From positions 216,147-280,146 of the forward strand of contig KV454012.1 in assembly GCA_001661245.1 (NCBI GenBank): a stretch of DNA of 64,000 nucleotides, in the 5' to 3' direction. The notes beneath the pieces were generated by a model, which saw nothing but the letters and a program-made list of their open reading frames with translations, was not told the DNA's origin and did no database searches. Numbering within the stretch: the stretch's first letter is position 1; the number at the start of each line of letters is the position of its first letter. The DNA is from Pachysolen tannophilus NRRL Y-2460 (lineage: Eukaryota). The translations under genes and the position numbers were made by a program. Shown piece after piece: positions 24,510 to 35,376 of this stretch.

Positions 24510-24586
24510 ATGCTGAAGTTAATGAATAATGGGTTATCTCCAAGTCGTCAACAGATGGTAACTAGTAGTGCTGGAACAGATGTTTC
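24510..24586 (+). CDS. Displaced first 77 nt ([26 protein letters not shown]) of the DAHP-synthase-like gene
   Basis: ATG at 24510 joins in frame to 23546(-) once 23547-24586 is re-inverted. Confidence 0.65.
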
Positions 24587-25423
24587 AACTTTACCACATG
24601 GTCTAACGTATTCACAAGATTGAGTGATAGCTGCTTCAGAAACAGCAACGTTAAGAACACCATGAGGACCACCATTTGTTGCTTCTTGAATATCTTTAAC
24701 TAAATCTTTTGATTTTTTAAAATCAATGAAAACTTCAGCACCAAATGATTTAACCAATTTTTCCTTTTCATCTCCACCATCAATTGCAAGAACTCTATAA
24801 CCCATTGCAACTGCATATTGAACAGCTAATGAACCTAAACCACCACCTGCACCAGAAATTGCAACCCATTCTCCAGCTTTTAAATCTGCAGTTTTTAAAC
24901 CTTTATAAACAGTAATACCAGCACATAAAATTGGAGAAATTGAAGCTAAATCTGTTCCTTTTGGAATATGTGCAGCTTGAATAGCATCAGCAGTTGCAAA
25001 TTGTTGGAAAGAACCATCATGGGTATAACCAGATAAATCTGCTTCAGCACAATTAGATTCATTTCCATTAATACAATATTCACAATTTAAACATGAACTA
25101 TTTAACCATTTAACACCTGCATAATCACCAATTTCAAAATTAGTAACAGAATCACCTTTTGCAACAACAATACCTGCACCTTCATGACCACCAACTAATG
25201 GCAATTTTGTATCTAATGGCCAATCACCTTTCCATGCATGTAAATCAGTATGACAAACACCAGAATATTTAATATTAACCAAGATTTCATTTGGTTTTGG
25301 AGTTGGAACTGGAATATCCTTATAAATTAAAGGTCCACCACTTTTTTCAAAAATAACAGCCTTTTGACTAGAAGGAATACCAGCTGGAAATTTAAAACGC
25401 AAAGCTCTAGTTTGCTTAAACAT
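24587..25423 (-). CDS. ADH: Zinc alcohol dehydrogenase, N-terminal 279 aa, with short mitochondrial-type presequence; truncated by inversion
   Basis: [16 protein letters not shown], structural-zinc Cys cluster and GAGGGLG are present. Homology ends abruptly at RPCGKV, followed by a non-homologous 12-aa tail to the stop at 24548. Confidence 0.94.
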
Positions 25424-25719
25424 AATTAAAGTGGTTATAAATTAATTTTTTCAAATAGTAGTAGAAATAAATAGAAAATATGAAGTTAATGTAATTAGAT
25501 TCTTGTAATTACAATTAGTTCAATTTAATCGTAAAGGTTATTCAAAGAGTATTTATACAAACAAGAAAGAAAGAAAAAAAAAAAGTACCACCCAAGAAAT
25601 AGGAGTAATACAATCGAAATTAATGATCATTTTAAAGACAAAAATTAAAAATAAAAATACCAATCAAATGAAAACTATTAACTGAAACATAAAAGGGTAA
25701 AAAAAAAAAGTACTTACGA

Positions 25720-25731
25720 CCCCGCAATATA
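25720..25731 (-). promoter_or_regulatory. Mig1/CreA-type site upstream of ADH
   Basis: Minus strand reads TATATT-GCGGGG (AT box plus SYGGGG); TATAAATA at 25557-25550. Confidence 0.55.
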
Positions 25732-26221
25732 TAAAGAGAGAGAGTAAAATAATAATAAAAAAAGTAATTAGGTAATTTTTAACATTTTAGTATTTTGACC
25801 AGTTTTCTTTATACTATAAGTAAAGGAAGTAACTCCATTCCCGATTAATTTCCTTATTTTTTTTTTTTTTTTTTTTTACTTTGGTTTAAAAACTGATAAA
25901 ACCCCTCTATCTCTTCTTCTCTTTTTCTTTTTTTTTTCTTAAAAAAAATAAATAGGCCGGAACTATGGTATATAATATTTATAATATTTATAATATTATA
26001 ATATTATAATATATCATCTTTACTCCGCGTCTCGCTTTATCTTCCCCGATGTAAAATTTATTAATTTTTCAAAAGAAAAAGCAAAACATTGTACATATAA
26101 TATGTATGTCTATGCATGTATTGGTATATAACGTATGTATCTAATACATATATAGATTAATGGTATTAATTAGTATATACGATTGATTGATCAATTGATT
26201 TATTGGTTGATCAATTTTTTT

Positions 26222-27949
26222 TTACAAATCTCCAAAAGAGTCATAGACATTTCTCCAATTACAGAAAAAACCTTTAAAAAACTTAATACCTAATCCGAGA
26301 TCCTTTGAACCTGACATTCCTCTAATACTATGCATTGATAATTGTGGGATACCAACATCTATTACACGAGCACCTGTTTGACTTGAAATAAAAGGACCAA
26401 TTGTAGAACCTGAACGAATATCATTTCTTACATGGAATTTTTGGAAAAAATCATTATTTAATTCTGCTAATTGTTTAATAATTGAAATTCCAATAAGATC
26501 TGTGGCCGTATGTCCGTTTGGATCCAATTTGACGGTGATCCCCGTATTGGGTAATGGTCGATGGCGGGGTAAGTACGCATCTGGGAAATTTGGATTAAAT
26601 AAATGCGTGACATCAGTGGAGAGTATAATAGAATTTGCAAATATAATTTTATTTATGGAATTTGTATCATCAAGTTTATAAAAAGAATTTGTTACTCTAT
26701 TAATTATTGATTCGAAAAAACCTCCTCTAACACCTTGTCTTGAAAGTGATCCAATTTCTTCATTATCAAAAAGTCCAACAATTGTAAAATTTGAATTTAA
26801 ATTTGAATTTGAATTATTACTATTATTATCAAATTCAATTAATGCATTAATTGCTGCATATGAACATAATTTATCATCAAGTCTAGGTGCAAAAAAAAAT
26901 TCATTTGAAAGACCACCAATTGAACCTTTTTGAATATCAAATAAATCAAAATCAATTCCATAAATTTCAGAAACTTTTACATTGGCTAATTTTGCTACAT
27001 ACCTTAAAAATTTTAAAGAATGTTCACCATATAATGGAGCAGATTTTTCATCTTCTAAAGGTTCTGGTTCATCTTTAATATCAAACCCAATTATTGGAAC
27101 CATTTGAGTTTCTAAATTAAATGGTCCTTTTGAAACTGATCCGAAATGTTCAGCTAAACTAGCAATATGTCCAATAGGATGTGGTGTTGAATTAATTAAT
27201 TTTATTGAAAATTTACAATTTTTCCTAATTAAAACTCTACCACCAAAACCCAAATCTCTATCCCACCATTTATCACTTAATGCACCAGAATATGGTGCAA
27301 CTCCAAGTAATTCATAACCTTCATTTTTAGGTTTAACAGAATTTGGTTTAAGTTTCACTGTTAATGAATCAACATGTGCAACAATACTACCAACACCATT
27401 ACAAGGTTTCCAATCTTTACCTATGATAAATGCTATCAATGAAGTACCAGATCTAGTAGAAAAATATTTCCCAGGTTTCAAGTTAGACCAATCAAGTTTC
27501 TCTGGTAAATATTTAAACCCATTCATAGTTAATAATTCACCAATTCCTTCTACAAAATGATATGTAGTAGGATTAGAATAAGTAAAATCAATGTAGTCAT
27601 TAGTATACTTGATGTAATAATCATCATTATCATCATTTTTCACTGAATTTTTTTTCCTATCATTATTGCTAGACTTGCGGGAATGATGACACTCATCCGA
27701 TTCATCTGCATCTTCAAATTCAAAACTATTGTAAGAATATAATTTTTGAAAATTTGTTGTAACATTTATATTACCAGACTTTTGGGATTCAGGTTTTTCG
27801 GACAAAGACTTGGAAATTACCGGATCGCAACCACAATATGCAGACTCCATTTCTCCCGCCATTTGCAAACCTCCAACAACATTTATCTTCTTCAGTACTA
27901 CAGATCCAATCTTCCTATCTTTTAAATCTTTGTTATCTGACTCTGACAT
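26222..27949 (-). CDS. APE1: M18 vacuolar aminopeptidase I, copy A
   Basis: NPTTYH, HVDS, WWDRDLG, SLAEHFG, PRLDDK, DNEEIGS, DVTH, PNGHTATD, SGSTIGP and QLSMHSIR; likely ATG at 27949. Confidence 0.88.
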   Translation of the reverse strand: MSESDNKDLKDRKIGSVVLKKINVVGGLQMAGEMESAYCGCDPVISKSLSEKPESQKSGNINVTTNFQKLYSYNSFEFEDADESDECHHSRKSSNNDRKKNSVKNDDNDDYYIKYTNDYIDFTYSNPTTYHFVEGIGELLTMNGFKYLPEKLDWSNLKPGKYFSTRSGTSLIAFIIGKDWKPCNGVGSIVAHVDSLTVKLKPNSVKPKNEGYELLGVAPYSGALSDKWWDRDLGFGGRVLIRKNCKFSIKLINSTPHPIGHIASLAEHFGSVSKGPFNLETQMVPIIGFDIKDEPEPLEDEKSAPLYGEHSLKFLRYVAKLANVKVSEIYGIDFDLFDIQKGSIGGLSNEFFFAPRLDDKLCSYAAINALIEFDNNSNNSNSNLNSNFTIVGLFDNEEIGSLSRQGVRGGFFESIINRVTNSFYKLDDTNSINKIIFANSIILSTDVTHLFNPNFPDAYLPRHRPLPNTGITVKLDPNGHTATDLIGISIIKQLAELNNDFFQKFHVRNDIRSGSTIGPFISSQTGARVIDVGIPQLSMHSIRGMSGSKDLGLGIKFFKGFFCNWRNVYDSFGDL

Positions 27950-28094
27950 CGATAGACTCGGGCTTCCTTTTTCCAGAACTAGTTTCCCACAACCTTTCAC
28001 CCACCAAAAGCTAACAAAATGAAACAAATAAAAAAAAAAAAAAAAACAAAAAAAATAACTTCTTCGTTTCTACGTATATATATATATATATATA

Positions 28095-28469
28095 NNNNNN
28101 NNNNNNNNNNNNNNNNNNNNNNNNNNNNNNNNNNNNNNNNNNNNNNNNNNNNNNNNNNNNNNNNNNNNNNNNNNNNNNNNNNNNNNNNNNNNNNNNNNNN
28201 NNNNNNNNNNNNNNNNNNNNNNNNNNNNNNNNNNNNNNNNNNNNNNNNNNNNNNNNNNNNNNNNNNNNNNNNNNNNNNNNNNNNNNNNNNNNNNNNNNNN
28301 NNNNNNNNNNNNNNNNNNNNNNNNNNNNNNNNNNNNNNNNNNNNNNNNNNNNNNNNNNNNNNNNNNNNNNNNNNNNNNNNNNNNNNNNNNNNNNNNNNNN
28401 NNNNNNNNNNNNNNNNNNNNNNNNNNNNNNNNNNNNNNNNNNNNNNNNNNNNNNNNNNNNNNNNNNNNN
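28095..28469. other. Assembly gap (N run)
   Basis: N run; the two flanks are noisy copies of one another. Confidence 1.
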
Positions 28470-28834
28470 AGAAACAAAAATAAAAAAAAAAAAAAAAACA
28501 AAAAAAAAAACTTTCTCGTTTTCACGTTATATATATATATATATATAACGGTATGAAGATGATCCAAGTGGTTCAAGTGGTACTATTGTTCCAAGTGGGT
28601 ACTAAACATTTAGTTCATTTAGTGAAAATCAAGTATTAAATGGAAAATTGCAGTGTGATCAAAACTAATGTTTCCAAAAGTAGTATAGCACCATCCTCAT
28701 TTGGAGGAAGGCAGGTATATTGTGTTTCCCAAAGAAGGTTAACTACAGCCAAATTTCATGTGATTCAGTTGAAGATCTAAATTAGCAGTATATAATTGAA
28801 GTAATAAAAATGAGTAACGTTTCGGTGATCTGCC

Positions 28835-30433
28835 TCATAAATCACCAAAGGAGTTATAAATGTCTTTCCAATTTTTGAAAAAATCTACAAAGAATTTAAT
28901 GCCCAAGCCAATATCTTGTGAACCAGACATTCCTCTTATACTATGCATTGCCAATTGAGGAATGCCTACATCTATTGTTCTCGCACCAGTTTGGCTTGAT
29001 ATAAATGAGCCAATTGTGGATCCTGACCTAATATCATTTCGACATTTAAAAATTTGAATTTTATTATTTGTCAAATTAGCTAATAGTTTGACAAATGCAA
29101 GTCCTACTTTATCGGTTGAAGTTTTAGTTTCGTTGTAAAATTTAACTACTATCCCAGTGTTTAGTAATGGACTATGTCCTTTTAAGTAAGCACTATCAAA
29201 ATTCGGATTGTATGCATGTGTTACATCAGCAGATAAGATGATTGAATTTGCCATTGCAACTCTTGTTTGACTGACAACATTTTTAGTTTGAGCAGAAGCA
29301 GCAATAACTTTGTCAACTACTAATTCGAATATGCCTCCACGAGCACCTTGTCTTGATAAAGATCCTAATTCTTCATTATCATAACATGTGACCACCACAA
29401 ATGACTCATCATAGTCTGCTTCACTCAGATATTCTATTAAAGAATTTATGGCAGCAAATGAACATAATTTATCATCTATTCTAGGTGCAAAGAAAAATTC
29501 ATTTGAAATTCCACCTATGCATCCTTTATGAACATCAAATAAATCGAAATCAAAATCTTGTAATTGAGAAACTTCTACATTTGCCAAGTTTGCAATATGC
29601 CTTAAAAATTTTAAAGAATGCTTCCCATATAATACAGATTTTTTCTCCATGGCAGTTGGCTCTGGTTCCTCTTTAAGATCAAATCCAATTATTGGAACCA
29701 TTTGGGTTTCTAAATTAAATGGACCTTCTCCCAATTGTTGAAAAGGGTCCACCATGCTTGCAATATGCGCAATTGGATGAGGTGTTGAGTTGACTAATTT
29801 TTTGGAAAATGTATTATCATTATTTTTAACCAAGACTCTACCACCAAAACCCAAGTCTCTATCCCACCACTTATCACTTAACCCTCCAGCATATGGAGCA
29901 ACCCCAACTAATTCATAACCTTCATTTTTAGGTTTTACAGAATTTGGTTTAAGTTTCACTGTTAATGAATCCGCATGCGAACCAATCGCAGCTACACCTT
30001 TCAAAGGTTCCCAATTTCTACCAACAGCAAATGCACTTATACACGTATCCGATCTTGTAGTATAGTAAAGTCCCAGCTTTAAATTAGACCAATCTTCTTT
30101 CTCCGATAAATATGTGAAACCATTAGAAGAAAGTAATTTCTTCAACCCATCAATAAAGTGATAAGTGGTGGGATTATTGTAAGTAAAATCAATATAATCT
30201 TGCGTATATTTCAAATAATATTCTTTTGAATCCCTATCCAATTGCATTCTTTTACAATATTGTGTCTCTGGTGGTGAAATTAATGATAACAATAAAGCAG
30301 CTGTTTTATTTTGTAATGGAATCTTATCATCAATCGAATTTTGCTTCAATATCTCATTAATATCTAATCCCGCTTTTTGGATTTCATTGAGAAGCTTCTC
30401 CACATATCCCATATTTAGATCAGCTTCTGTCAT
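28835..30433 (-). CDS. APE1: M18 vacuolar aminopeptidase I paralog, copy B
   Basis: Same M18 motifs (HADS, RIDDK, DNEELGS, DVTH, LAMHSIR) with a helical propeptide-like N-terminus. Confidence 0.85.
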   Translation of the reverse strand: MTEADLNMGYVEKLLNEIQKAGLDINEILKQNSIDDKIPLQNKTAALLLSLISPPETQYCKRMQLDRDSKEYYLKYTQDYIDFTYNNPTTYHFIDGLKKLLSSNGFTYLSEKEDWSNLKLGLYYTTRSDTCISAFAVGRNWEPLKGVAAIGSHADSLTVKLKPNSVKPKNEGYELVGVAPYAGGLSDKWWDRDLGFGGRVLVKNNDNTFSKKLVNSTPHPIAHIASMVDPFQQLGEGPFNLETQMVPIIGFDLKEEPEPTAMEKKSVLYGKHSLKFLRHIANLANVEVSQLQDFDFDLFDVHKGCIGGISNEFFFAPRIDDKLCSFAAINSLIEYLSEADYDESFVVVTCYDNEELGSLSRQGARGGIFELVVDKVIAASAQTKNVVSQTRVAMANSIILSADVTHAYNPNFDSAYLKGHSPLLNTGIVVKFYNETKTSTDKVGLAFVKLLANLTNNKIQIFKCRNDIRSGSTIGSFISSQTGARTIDVGIPQLAMHSIRGMSGSQDIGLGIKFFVDFFKNWKDIYNSFGDL

Positions 30434-30754
30434 TTACCTTTTCTTGAAATGAAGAAGAAAACTTTTGAGTATCAAAGAGCATTGAATAATTCATTCCACC
30501 TAAATTCACTTCATTTCGGCGTAATGAAGGCGAAAAAAAAAAAAACAATATTGCTTCTTTCGGAAATAATAGAGATAAGAAAAGGCTGACAAAACCAGTT
30601 TCGATAATTGAATGATGATGAAGTACAAGATTCAAGATTACCATGACTTACTACTATTGATAGCCATCTATTGATAGAGGTTTCTGAGTTGAGAGTTTTG
30701 TTTTAAAATTTTTTTGATCAATTGCCGTTATACATGCTAATATCTATACACTTT

Positions 30755-33505
30755 TCAGTTGGTTTTTTCTACTAATTTTTCGGAAACCAATTCTAAAATC
30801 TCTTTGGGAGATTTATTCATGTTTTCAATTTTCTTTCTTATTTCACACCATTTTTCACCATGATGAGGATCAGCTTTAATTAGCTCTTTGATCAAATCGT
30901 TTATTTCTTCAGGATCACCGTGTCTGGTTAAAAACAAATACAACCAACACCAACTGTCACCATTGTCTTTGTCTAATTCGATTGCCTTATCGAAAAATAG
31001 CTTTGCTCTTAAAAATTTACCATCAAACCATAATATATAGCCTATAGTTAACAACACCAAAGGATGATCATTTGTATGAATCATAGCATCTTTAAACATT
31101 GTTCTTTTTTGAGATTGTTTTTCTATTAATAGCAAATTTTCACACCATAATTCTGGTGAATGAGGAAATTTCTTTAATGCTTTGGAAAGAATAATTCTAC
31201 TTTGAGATAAATTCTTATTTCTTCTCTCTAATCTTATCATCTCTCTCCAAATCAAAGTAGAATCTGCGTTAATCGTCAAAGCTTTATCCAAAACCGCTCT
31301 CGATCTAATGGAAGATTTGAATTTGAATTCTTCCAATCTTGAAAGTAATAACCACAATGGAATTGATTTCTTACAGTTATTAACACCAATTTTAAACGCC
31401 TCCCTAGCTTCTTCATTCTTCCCTAAATCTTGTAATATCTGTCCTTTTTGCATATGCAATTTATCGCAGGTTGGGAATTTTTCCAAACCTTCTTCTACCA
31501 ATTCTAGTGCTTTTTCATTATTATACAGTCTTTGAAAAGTAATATATTTGTAGTAAATTCTTTCTGAACCTACCACATCTTTTGCTTTTTCAAAATATTC
31601 AAGACATTTATCAATATTTTGAGTGGAATTTTCCAATTTAATAGAAGCCAACCATATATCTTCATTATTAGGTAATTTTTTAAATGCATCATCCAAAATC
31701 TTTCTAGCCTCATTTATATCACCATTCATCCATTTTGCCTTTGCGTACATTAGCCAAAAAATTTCATAATTTGGATTTTTAGCAATTGCATCTTCTAATA
31801 CTAGATATAAATCCATGAGCGAGCCATGGTTCCTCTCCAAATCGATATAAGAATGCCAAGTTGCAATATCCTTTTGATAGTTTTCCAAGATATAACGATA
31901 CATTGCTCTTGATGTTTCAATGAAATTTTGCTTTAAGGCCATATCTGCATCCTTTTTCAAAATCTTCAATTTTTCATCGAAATCGTAATCGTCTAATTGA
32001 AAATCAAAAGTACTTTGAATTATACCATTACATGTTAAATCATATCCAGCTACTTCACAATCAATCGCTTCTCTTATCCAATCATCCCTAGTTAGTTCAC
32101 AATGATGTTTTGAAATCAATTCAGTTATTCCCTTTTTCAACAATTTATTGATTTTAATTTCATTAGCAGTATTTTTCTCTTCCAACTTGGCTGCATATAT
32201 CCATATCTCTACTGAACTTGGATTTGCCTTTCTAGCATCATTTAAAAATTTTTTGCATTGACTGAAATCTTTTTCTAAATTAATTAAAGTTATCCATAAT
32301 TCTATAGAATTTGGAATCAACTCAACAGCTTTGTTCAACAACTTCTTGGCATTTTCAACATCATCTTCCAAATCTACTGCTCGTTTCCATAATTCAATAC
32401 TAGTAGGTATTTTTTCTAAACCTTTCCTTAAAACTCTTTTCAGTGAGAATGGATCAGTTTCCAACTGACATGCTTCTAACCATAATTTAATACTATTTGA
32501 ATTAAATTCTAAAGCTTGTCGTATAATTTTTTTACATGAAATTATATCTGAACGATTTAATCTTATATTTTCCAACCATATATCATCATTTAAGGGGCAA
32601 TTCTCACAACCTTCTTGAATAATAGATCTTGCTAAGGAAAATTTCTTGGTTTGTTCTTCTAATCTTGCACTTGCTATCCAAGCAGAAGGCTTATTTGGTT
32701 CATTTTTCCTTAAATTACTCAAGATCAATCTTGCCTTTTTTATATCCCCAACATTTTTAGTTGATAAAGAATTATTTGGACTTTCCAAAAATTTTAAATA
32801 ATCTGTAGAATTTACCGATTTCATTAAAGCATTACTACTATCCAATTTCAAACCCAACAATTTATCCTTTGCCAAAGCTATACTTCTGAAATTGGTCTTG
32901 TGGTCATTTTCATCATTTTCACTGTTATTGGCATTGTCATCATCTTCAAGAGTATCATTTAATTGATTTGAACTTGTTAATCCAGTCAAGACAGTATCGG
33001 GAACCGCATAGAATCTTTGTTGTTGTTGTAATAACTTCCGCTGTCTTTTATTTTTCTTAGTCAAATCACCAACTTCAGGCAAATTCGCCCATTGATCACC
33101 ACTAACCGTTGATAAGGCCTCTTTTAAATCTTGAAACTGCTCACTTATTAAATTCACTTCATTTTCTTGTTCTAAATCTTTCTTTTCATCATTTTCATCC
33201 TTAAATTTCCTCTTGCGCCTCTGCTTTAATCTATTTTCAATTTCCTCATAAATCCTATCCGCATCATCATCATCTTCATCTGCATTTCTCGATTTCAATA
33301 ACCCAATCTCACTATCCTCAACAGCATCATTAAACCTTCCATCTTGTTCTACTTCATCACCCTCATTACCAACAACACTAAAATTCCCACTTTGTAAACG
33401 GCCATTACCAATATCAGCTCGTGTAGTAAAACCAGTAGCACCCCTCCCAACACCAGCAACATATCCAGCAGGTGCCTCCTCATCTAGAAAGCTCTTCCTA
33501 TCCAT
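30755..33505 (-). CDS. PRP6: U4/U6.U5 tri-snRNP splicing factor Prp6
   Basis: APAGYVAGVGRGATGFTTRADIG, W.NLPEVGDLT, WIASARLEE and HAT/TPR repeats. Confidence 0.93.
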   Translation of the reverse strand: MDRKSFLDEEAPAGYVAGVGRGATGFTTRADIGNGRLQSGNFSVVGNEGDEVEQDGRFNDAVEDSEIGLLKSRNADEDDDDADRIYEEIENRLKQRRKRKFKDENDEKKDLEQENEVNLISEQFQDLKEALSTVSGDQWANLPEVGDLTKKNKRQRKLLQQQQRFYAVPDTVLTGLTSSNQLNDTLEDDDNANNSENDENDHKTNFRSIALAKDKLLGLKLDSSNALMKSVNSTDYLKFLESPNNSLSTKNVGDIKKARLILSNLRKNEPNKPSAWIASARLEEQTKKFSLARSIIQEGCENCPLNDDIWLENIRLNRSDIISCKKIIRQALEFNSNSIKLWLEACQLETDPFSLKRVLRKGLEKIPTSIELWKRAVDLEDDVENAKKLLNKAVELIPNSIELWITLINLEKDFSQCKKFLNDARKANPSSVEIWIYAAKLEEKNTANEIKINKLLKKGITELISKHHCELTRDDWIREAIDCEVAGYDLTCNGIIQSTFDFQLDDYDFDEKLKILKKDADMALKQNFIETSRAMYRYILENYQKDIATWHSYIDLERNHGSLMDLYLVLEDAIAKNPNYEIFWLMYAKAKWMNGDINEARKILDDAFKKLPNNEDIWLASIKLENSTQNIDKCLEYFEKAKDVVGSERIYYKYITFQRLYNNEKALELVEEGLEKFPTCDKLHMQKGQILQDLGKNEEAREAFKIGVNNCKKSIPLWLLLSRLEEFKFKSSIRSRAVLDKALTINADSTLIWREMIRLERRNKNLSQSRIILSKALKKFPHSPELWCENLLLIEKQSQKRTMFKDAMIHTNDHPLVLLTIGYILWFDGKFLRAKLFFDKAIELDKDNGDSWCWLYLFLTRHGDPEEINDLIKELIKADPHHGEKWCEIRKKIENMNKSPKEILELVSEKLVEKTN

Positions 33506-33613
33506 ATCAAACCGTCAATTTAATGAATATCAATATAAAAATGAACCATTTTATTAGTCGTGCAATTTTTCAATTAACCTTTAATACCTCTTTTTCTAAA
33601 TGATAATTTAAAA

Positions 33614-33639
33614 AAAATTTTTCACTTTAATGAGATGAC
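33614..33639. promoter_or_regulatory. RRPE plus PAC-like motif upstream of RRB1
   Basis: AAAATTTTTCA followed by TGAGATGA about 65-90 bp upstream of a ribosome-biogenesis gene. Confidence 0.55.
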
Positions 33640-33701
33640 CTTTAATACCGTATATAGTTTTAAAGAATTTCCTCCCTCATTGAAGAAGGAAGGAATCGGA
33701 G

Positions 33702-35276
33702 ATGCCTAAGAGAACTGTTGATTTAGAAGGTAAGCTGTCTGAGAAGTTTTCCAAGACTTTGGAGAATTCGGTTCCTCATTCTCATGAGGAGGCAGGTCAA
33801 GATGAAAATAATTTAGATAATGTAGAGATGGGTGATTTTGAGGATCCGTACGGTGATGATTTTGAAAGTGATGGAGAAATCATAGAGATTGATTCGGCAA
33901 ATGAAGAAGACGAGGATGGAGATGTTGTAGATAAGCAGCAGTTGATTGAAAGAGAGCAAGAGAAAGAGCAAGAACAAGAGCAAGAGAAAGAAGAATCAGC
34001 AAAAGCAGGTCAAGAAGGTGAGATTTATTTACCTCATAGATCAAGACCTTTAGGACCCGATGAAGTATTAGAAGCTGACCCAACAGTTTATGAGATGTTA
34101 CATAATGTTAATATGCCTTGGCCATGTTTGACCTTGGATATTTTACCAGATAATTTGGGAACAGAGAGAAGAAATTATCCTGCATCTATGTATATTACCA
34201 CGGCTACACAAGCTTCAAAGGCAAAGGATAACGAGTTAATAGTTATGAAGTTGTCGTCATTAGCGAAAACTTTGGTTAAAGATGATGATGACGAAAATGA
34301 AGAAGAAGAAGAAGATGATGCTGATGATATTGATGTTGATCCAATATTGGAAAGTGAAACTATTCCATTAAGAGACACTACAAATAGATTAAGGGTATCT
34401 CCTCATGCTCAAACTACAGGTGAATATTTCACCGCAGCAATGTCTGAAAATGGAGATTGTCACATTTTTGATCTTTCCTCACAATTTAAAGCTTTTGATA
34501 GTCCTGGTTACGTTATTCCAAAGAATTTTAAAAGACCAATTCATACTATTAAATCTCATGGTAACGTCGAAGGTTATGGTTTAGATTGGTCCCCTTTATT
34601 AAGCACAGGTTCCTTATTAACAGGTGATGTTAGCGGAAGAATACATTTGACACAAAGAACTGCAAAGAATTGGGTAACTGATAAGACACCATTCCAAGCT
34701 TCTAATGCTTCAATTGAAGATATTCAATGGTCTCCAAGTGAACAGACGGTCTTTGCTACAGGTGGAACTGATGGGTATCTAAGAATTTGGGATACACGTT
34801 CAAAGAAACACAAACCAGCTATAAACGTTGTTGCATCAAATACAGATGTCAATGTTATCTCATGGTGTAATAAAATTGATTATTTATTGGCCTCTGGTCA
34901 TGATGATGGTTCTTGGGGGGTTTGGGATTTGAGAAATTTTTCGAACAATAATAAGCCTGAACCAGTTGTAAGCTATGATTTCCACAAGTCGGCTATTACA
35001 TCGATTAAATTTAACCCATTGGATGAGTCAATAATTGCAGTTTCTTCTGAAGATAATACTGTCACTCTTTGGGATTTAGCAGTTGAAGCAGATGATGAAG
35101 AAATTAAAGAACAGAACGAGGCTCTACAAGGAAGACTTAATGATATTCCACCTCAGTTATTATTTGTACACTGGCAGAAAGATGTAAAAGATGTTTGTTG
35201 GCATAAACAAATTCCAGGGGCATTGGTTAGTACTGGAACTGAAGGTTTAAACATTTGGAAAACTATTAGTGTTTAA
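33702..35276 (+). CDS. RRB1: WD40 ribosome-assembly chaperone Rrb1
   Basis: [35 protein letters not shown] and [11 protein letters not shown]. Confidence 0.94.
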   Translation: MPKRTVDLEGKLSEKFSKTLENSVPHSHEEAGQDENNLDNVEMGDFEDPYGDDFESDGEIIEIDSANEEDEDGDVVDKQQLIEREQEKEQEQEQEKEESAKAGQEGEIYLPHRSRPLGPDEVLEADPTVYEMLHNVNMPWPCLTLDILPDNLGTERRNYPASMYITTATQASKAKDNELIVMKLSSLAKTLVKDDDDENEEEEEDDADDIDVDPILESETIPLRDTTNRLRVSPHAQTTGEYFTAAMSENGDCHIFDLSSQFKAFDSPGYVIPKNFKRPIHTIKSHGNVEGYGLDWSPLLSTGSLLTGDVSGRIHLTQRTAKNWVTDKTPFQASNASIEDIQWSPSEQTVFATGGTDGYLRIWDTRSKKHKPAINVVASNTDVNVISWCNKIDYLLASGHDDGSWGVWDLRNFSNNNKPEPVVSYDFHKSAITSIKFNPLDESIIAVSSEDNTVTLWDLAVEADDEEIKEQNEALQGRLNDIPPQLLFVHWQKDVKDVCWHKQIPGALVSTGTEGLNIWKTISV

Positions 35277-35376
35277 AACAACCCTATTAATATAGAACAG
35301 TAATATATATATATATATGTATATGTAATATATGTAATATATGTATGACCCCGTTTTATTGCTACAAAATCTAAAA

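Noticed and set aside
23520..24600. Possible recombinase inverted repeats at the inversion ends (GTT(G)GAAAC, CAGCA, TTACCA similarities)
   Set aside because: The matches are short and out of register with the deduced breakpoints; only 1 bp of true junction homology.
30612..30687. ATGATGA...CTGA resembling a C/D box snoRNA
   Set aside because: No convincing terminal stem or recognisable rRNA guide; such words are common in AT-rich DNA.
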